Assembly (NCBI GenBank): GCA_030704615.1
Contig: CM060733.1
Span: 58,404,001 to 58,468,000, forward strand
Reading direction: 5' to 3'
DNA from: Takakia lepidozioides
Taxonomy: Eukaryota > Plantae > Bryophyta
Length of the DNA stretch: 64,000 nt
The notes under the pieces were generated by a model, which was given only the letters and a program-made list of their open reading frames with translations, was not told the DNA's origin and made no database searches. Positions 61,030 to 64,000 of this stretch are shown here, in pieces (within the stretch, counting starts at the first letter, position 1; the number at the start of each line of letters is the position of its first letter). The position numbers were made by a program, and so were the translations under genes.

Positions 61030-64000
61030 AACATTGAAAAGTTCTGCTCAAATATCTGCCCATGAGGGCCGAAAGTTGCGCCCTTCAATATTCATATGTT
61101 CTGCCTAAACAGTGTGCGGTTCCGCAGACTGTTTGAGCTGACAGTGAAGGGTTCATTTTATACTCAGAAATGTGCCCCTGAAGTCCAAATTTTGCACCCA
61201 GAAACATTGAAATGCTCAGCTCAAACAGTGTGCGTTGCGCACACTGTTTGGGCTGACAGTGAAGGATTCATCTCATCCTCAGAGGGGTGCCCCTGAAGTC
61301 CAAATTTTGCAGCCTGAAACATTGAAGTGTTCAGCTCAAACAGAGTGCGTTGCCGCACACTGTCTGAGCTGGCAGTGAAGGGTTCATTTCACCCTAACAT
61401 AACAGACATCAAGACCAAATTTTGAACCCTAAAACATTGAAAAGGTCTGCTCAAACAGTGTGCGTTGCCGCACGCTGTTTGAGCTGGTTTTGAAGGGTTC
61501 ATTTCATCCTCAGATAACAGACAGCAAAGACCAAATTTTGCACCCTTAAACATTGAAATGTTCAGCTCAAACAGTGTGCGTTGCCGCACACTGTCTGAGC
61601 TGGCAGTGAAGGGTTCATTTCACCCTCACATAACAGACATCAAGACCAAATTTTGCACCCTAAAACAGGGAAATGTTCAGCTCAAACAGTGTGCGTTGCC
61701 GCACACTGGTTGAGCTAGCAGCACAGTGTTCATTTCATCCTGAGATAGGTGCCCCTGAAGTCCAAATTTTGCACCAAGAAACATTGAAGTGCTCAGCTCA
61801 AACAGTGTGCGTTGCCGCACACTGTTTGGGCTGACAGTGAAGGGTTCATCTCATCCTCAGAGACGTGCCCCTGAAGTCCAAATTTTGCACCCTAGAACAT
61901 TGAAATGTTCAGCTCAAACAGTGTGCGTTGCCGCACACTGTCTGAGCTGGCAGTGAAGGGTTCATTTCACCCTCAAACAGGTGCCCCTGAAGTCCAAATT
62001 TTGCACCCAGAAACATTGAAATGTTCAGCTCAAACAGTGTGCGTTGCCGCACACTGTCTGAGCTGGCAGTGAAGGGTTCATTTCACCCTCACACAGGTGC
62101 CCCTGAAGTCCAAATTTTGCACCCAGAAACATTGAAATGCTCAGCTCAAACAGTGTGCGTTGCCGCACACTGTCTGAGCTGGCAGTGAAGGGTTCATTTC
62201 ATCCTCAAACAGGTGCCCCTGAAGTCCAAATTTTGCACCCAGAAACATTGAAATGCTCAGCTCAAACAGTGTGCGTTGCCGCACTGTCTGAGCTGGCAGT
62301 GAAGGGTTCATTTCACCCTCACACAGGTGCCCCTGAAGTCGAAATTTTGCACCCAGAAACATTGAAATGCTCAGCTCAAACAGTGTGCGTTGTCGCACAC
62401 TGTCTGAGCTGGCAGTGAAGGGTTCATTTCACCCTCACACAGGTGCCCCTGAAGTCCAAATTTTGCACCCATAAACATTGAAATGCTCAGCTCAAACAGT
62501 GTGCGTTGCCGCACACTGTCTGAGCTGGCAGTGAAGGGTTCATTTCATCCTCACACAGGTGCCCCTGAAGTCCAAATTTTGCACCCAGAAACATTGAAAT
62601 GCTCAGCTCAAACAGTGTGCGTTGCCGCACACTGTCTGAGCTGGCAGTGAAGGGTTCATTTCACCCTCACACAGGTGCCCCTGAAGTCCAAATTTTGCAC
62701 CCAGAAACATTGAAATGCTCAGCTCAAACAGTGTGCGTTGCCGCACACTGTCTGAGCTGGCAGTGAAGGGTTCATTTCACCCTCACACAGGTGCCCCTGA
62801 AGTCCAAATTTTGCACCCAGAAACATTGAAATGCTCAGCTCAAACAGTGTGCGTTGCCGCACACTGTCTGAGCTGGCAGTGAAGGGTTCATTTCATCCTC
62901 ACACAGGTGCCCCTGAAGTCCAAATTTTGCACCCAGAAACATTGAAATGCTCAGCTCAAACAGTGTGCGTTGCCGCACACTGTCTGAGCTGGCAGTGAAG
63001 GGTTCATTTCACCCTCACACAGGTGCCCCTGAAGTCGAAATTTTGCACCCAGAAACATTGAAATGCTCAGCTCAAACAGTGTGCGTTGTCGCACACTGTC
63101 TGAGCTGGCAGTGAAGGGTTCATTTCACCCTCACACAGGTGCCCCTGAAGTCCAAATTTTGCACCCATAAACATTGAAATGCTCAGCTCAAACAGTGTGC
63201 GTTGCCGCACACTGTCTGAGCTGGCAGTGAAGGGTTCATTTCATCCTCACACAGGTGCCCCTGAAGTCCAAATTTTGCACCCAGAAACATTGAAATGCTC
63301 AGCTCAAACAGTGTGCGTTGCCGCACACTGTCTGAGCTGGCAGTGAAGGGTTCATTTCACCCTCACACAGGTGCCCCTGAAGTCGAAATTTTGCACCCAG
63401 AAACATTGAAATGCTCAGCTCAAACAGTGTGCGTTGCCGCACACTGTCTGAGCTGGAAGTGAAGGGTTCATTTCACCCTCACACAGGTGCCCCTGAAGTC
63501 CAAATTTTGCACCCAGAAACATTGAAATGCTCAGCTCAAACAGTGTGCGTTGCCGCACACTGTCTGAGCTGGTAGTGAAGGGTTCATTTCATCCTCACAC
63601 AGGTGCCCCTGAAGTCCAAATTTTGCACCCAGAAACATTGAAATGCTCAGCTCAAACAGTGTGCGTTGCCGCACACTGTCTGAGCTGGCAGTGAAGGGTT
63701 CATTTCACCCTCACACAGGTGCCCCTGAAATCCAAATTTTGCACCCAGAAACATTGAAATGCTCAGCTCAAACAGTGTGCGTTGCCGCACACTGTCTGAG
63801 CTGGCAGTGAAGGGTTCATTTCACCCTCACACAGGTGCCCCTGAAGTCCAAATTTTGCACCCATAAACATTGAAATGCTCAGCTCAAACAGTGTGCGTTG
63901 CCGCACACTGTCTGAGCTGGCAGTGAAGGGTTCATTTCATCCTCACACAGGTGCCCCTGAAGTCCAAATTTTGCACCCAGAAACATTGAAATGCTCAGCT
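61030..64000. repeat. 116-bp tandem satellite (~25 units, runs off the window), each unit with palindrome CAGCTCAAACAGTGTGCG-TTGC-CGCACACTGTCTGAGCTG
   Basis: GTGTGCG recurs at 61921, 62037, 62153 and onward (period 116). Palindrome arms are 18 bp with one mismatch. It lies just upstream of the exon-2 acceptor of paralog 3, i.e. in the presumed intron 1. Confidence 0.97.

Larger units (their letters stand above)
44997..64000. mobile_element. MULE-family element C (hosts element B; continues beyond the window)
   Basis: Terminus GGGGGGGTGCTATTCCGTGAGCC at 44997, GCGTGAGC repeats, CCTATTTCCG x3 (45095-45147, two continuing as CCGCGG), then the displaced 3' end of paralog 3 (45401-45489). The rest of paralog 3 resumes at 56833. 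Confidence 0.8.

Noticed and set aside
61030-64000. CRISPR array (regularly spaced palindromic repeats)
   Set aside because: The sequence between palindromes is as conserved as the palindromes, so there are no unique spacers. No cas genes are present and the context is eukaryotic.

Overview
Eukaryotic, intron-rich, repeat-dense DNA, most likely from a land plant (a non-seed plant is plausible but is inference). Three layers are visible. (1) A family of Mutator-like (MULE) DNA transposons with four members or remnants: A (window start-~7510), a right-end remnant (~14868-15629), B (45490-56832, essentially complete) and C (44997-beyond the window end), with B nested inside C. Elements A, B and C each carry a spliced gene encoding a ParB/Srx-like domain fused to a bacterial-type beta-class amino (N4C/N6A) DNA-methyltransferase fold. 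In B this gene is divergently paired with a DDE + SWIM transposase. Each paralog has its own palindrome of the form arm-CG-N4-CG-arm, repeated in its introns: 8 copies in A, 11 in B, and a 116-bp tandem array of about 25 units in C. This resembles a transposon-borne ParB/parS-like self-recognition or epigenetic system and is the main candidate for an undescribed system. (2) A 5'-truncated Ty3/Gypsy chromovirus on the minus strand (~10.9-14.87 kb) and a TA-flanked MITE. (3) A ~23-kb full-size ABCG/PDR transporter gene (18883-42300), probably disabled, whose introns are packed with RTE-X-like LINE fragments with (CATTT)n tails. All protein family calls come from motif recognition by eye; no database search was run.
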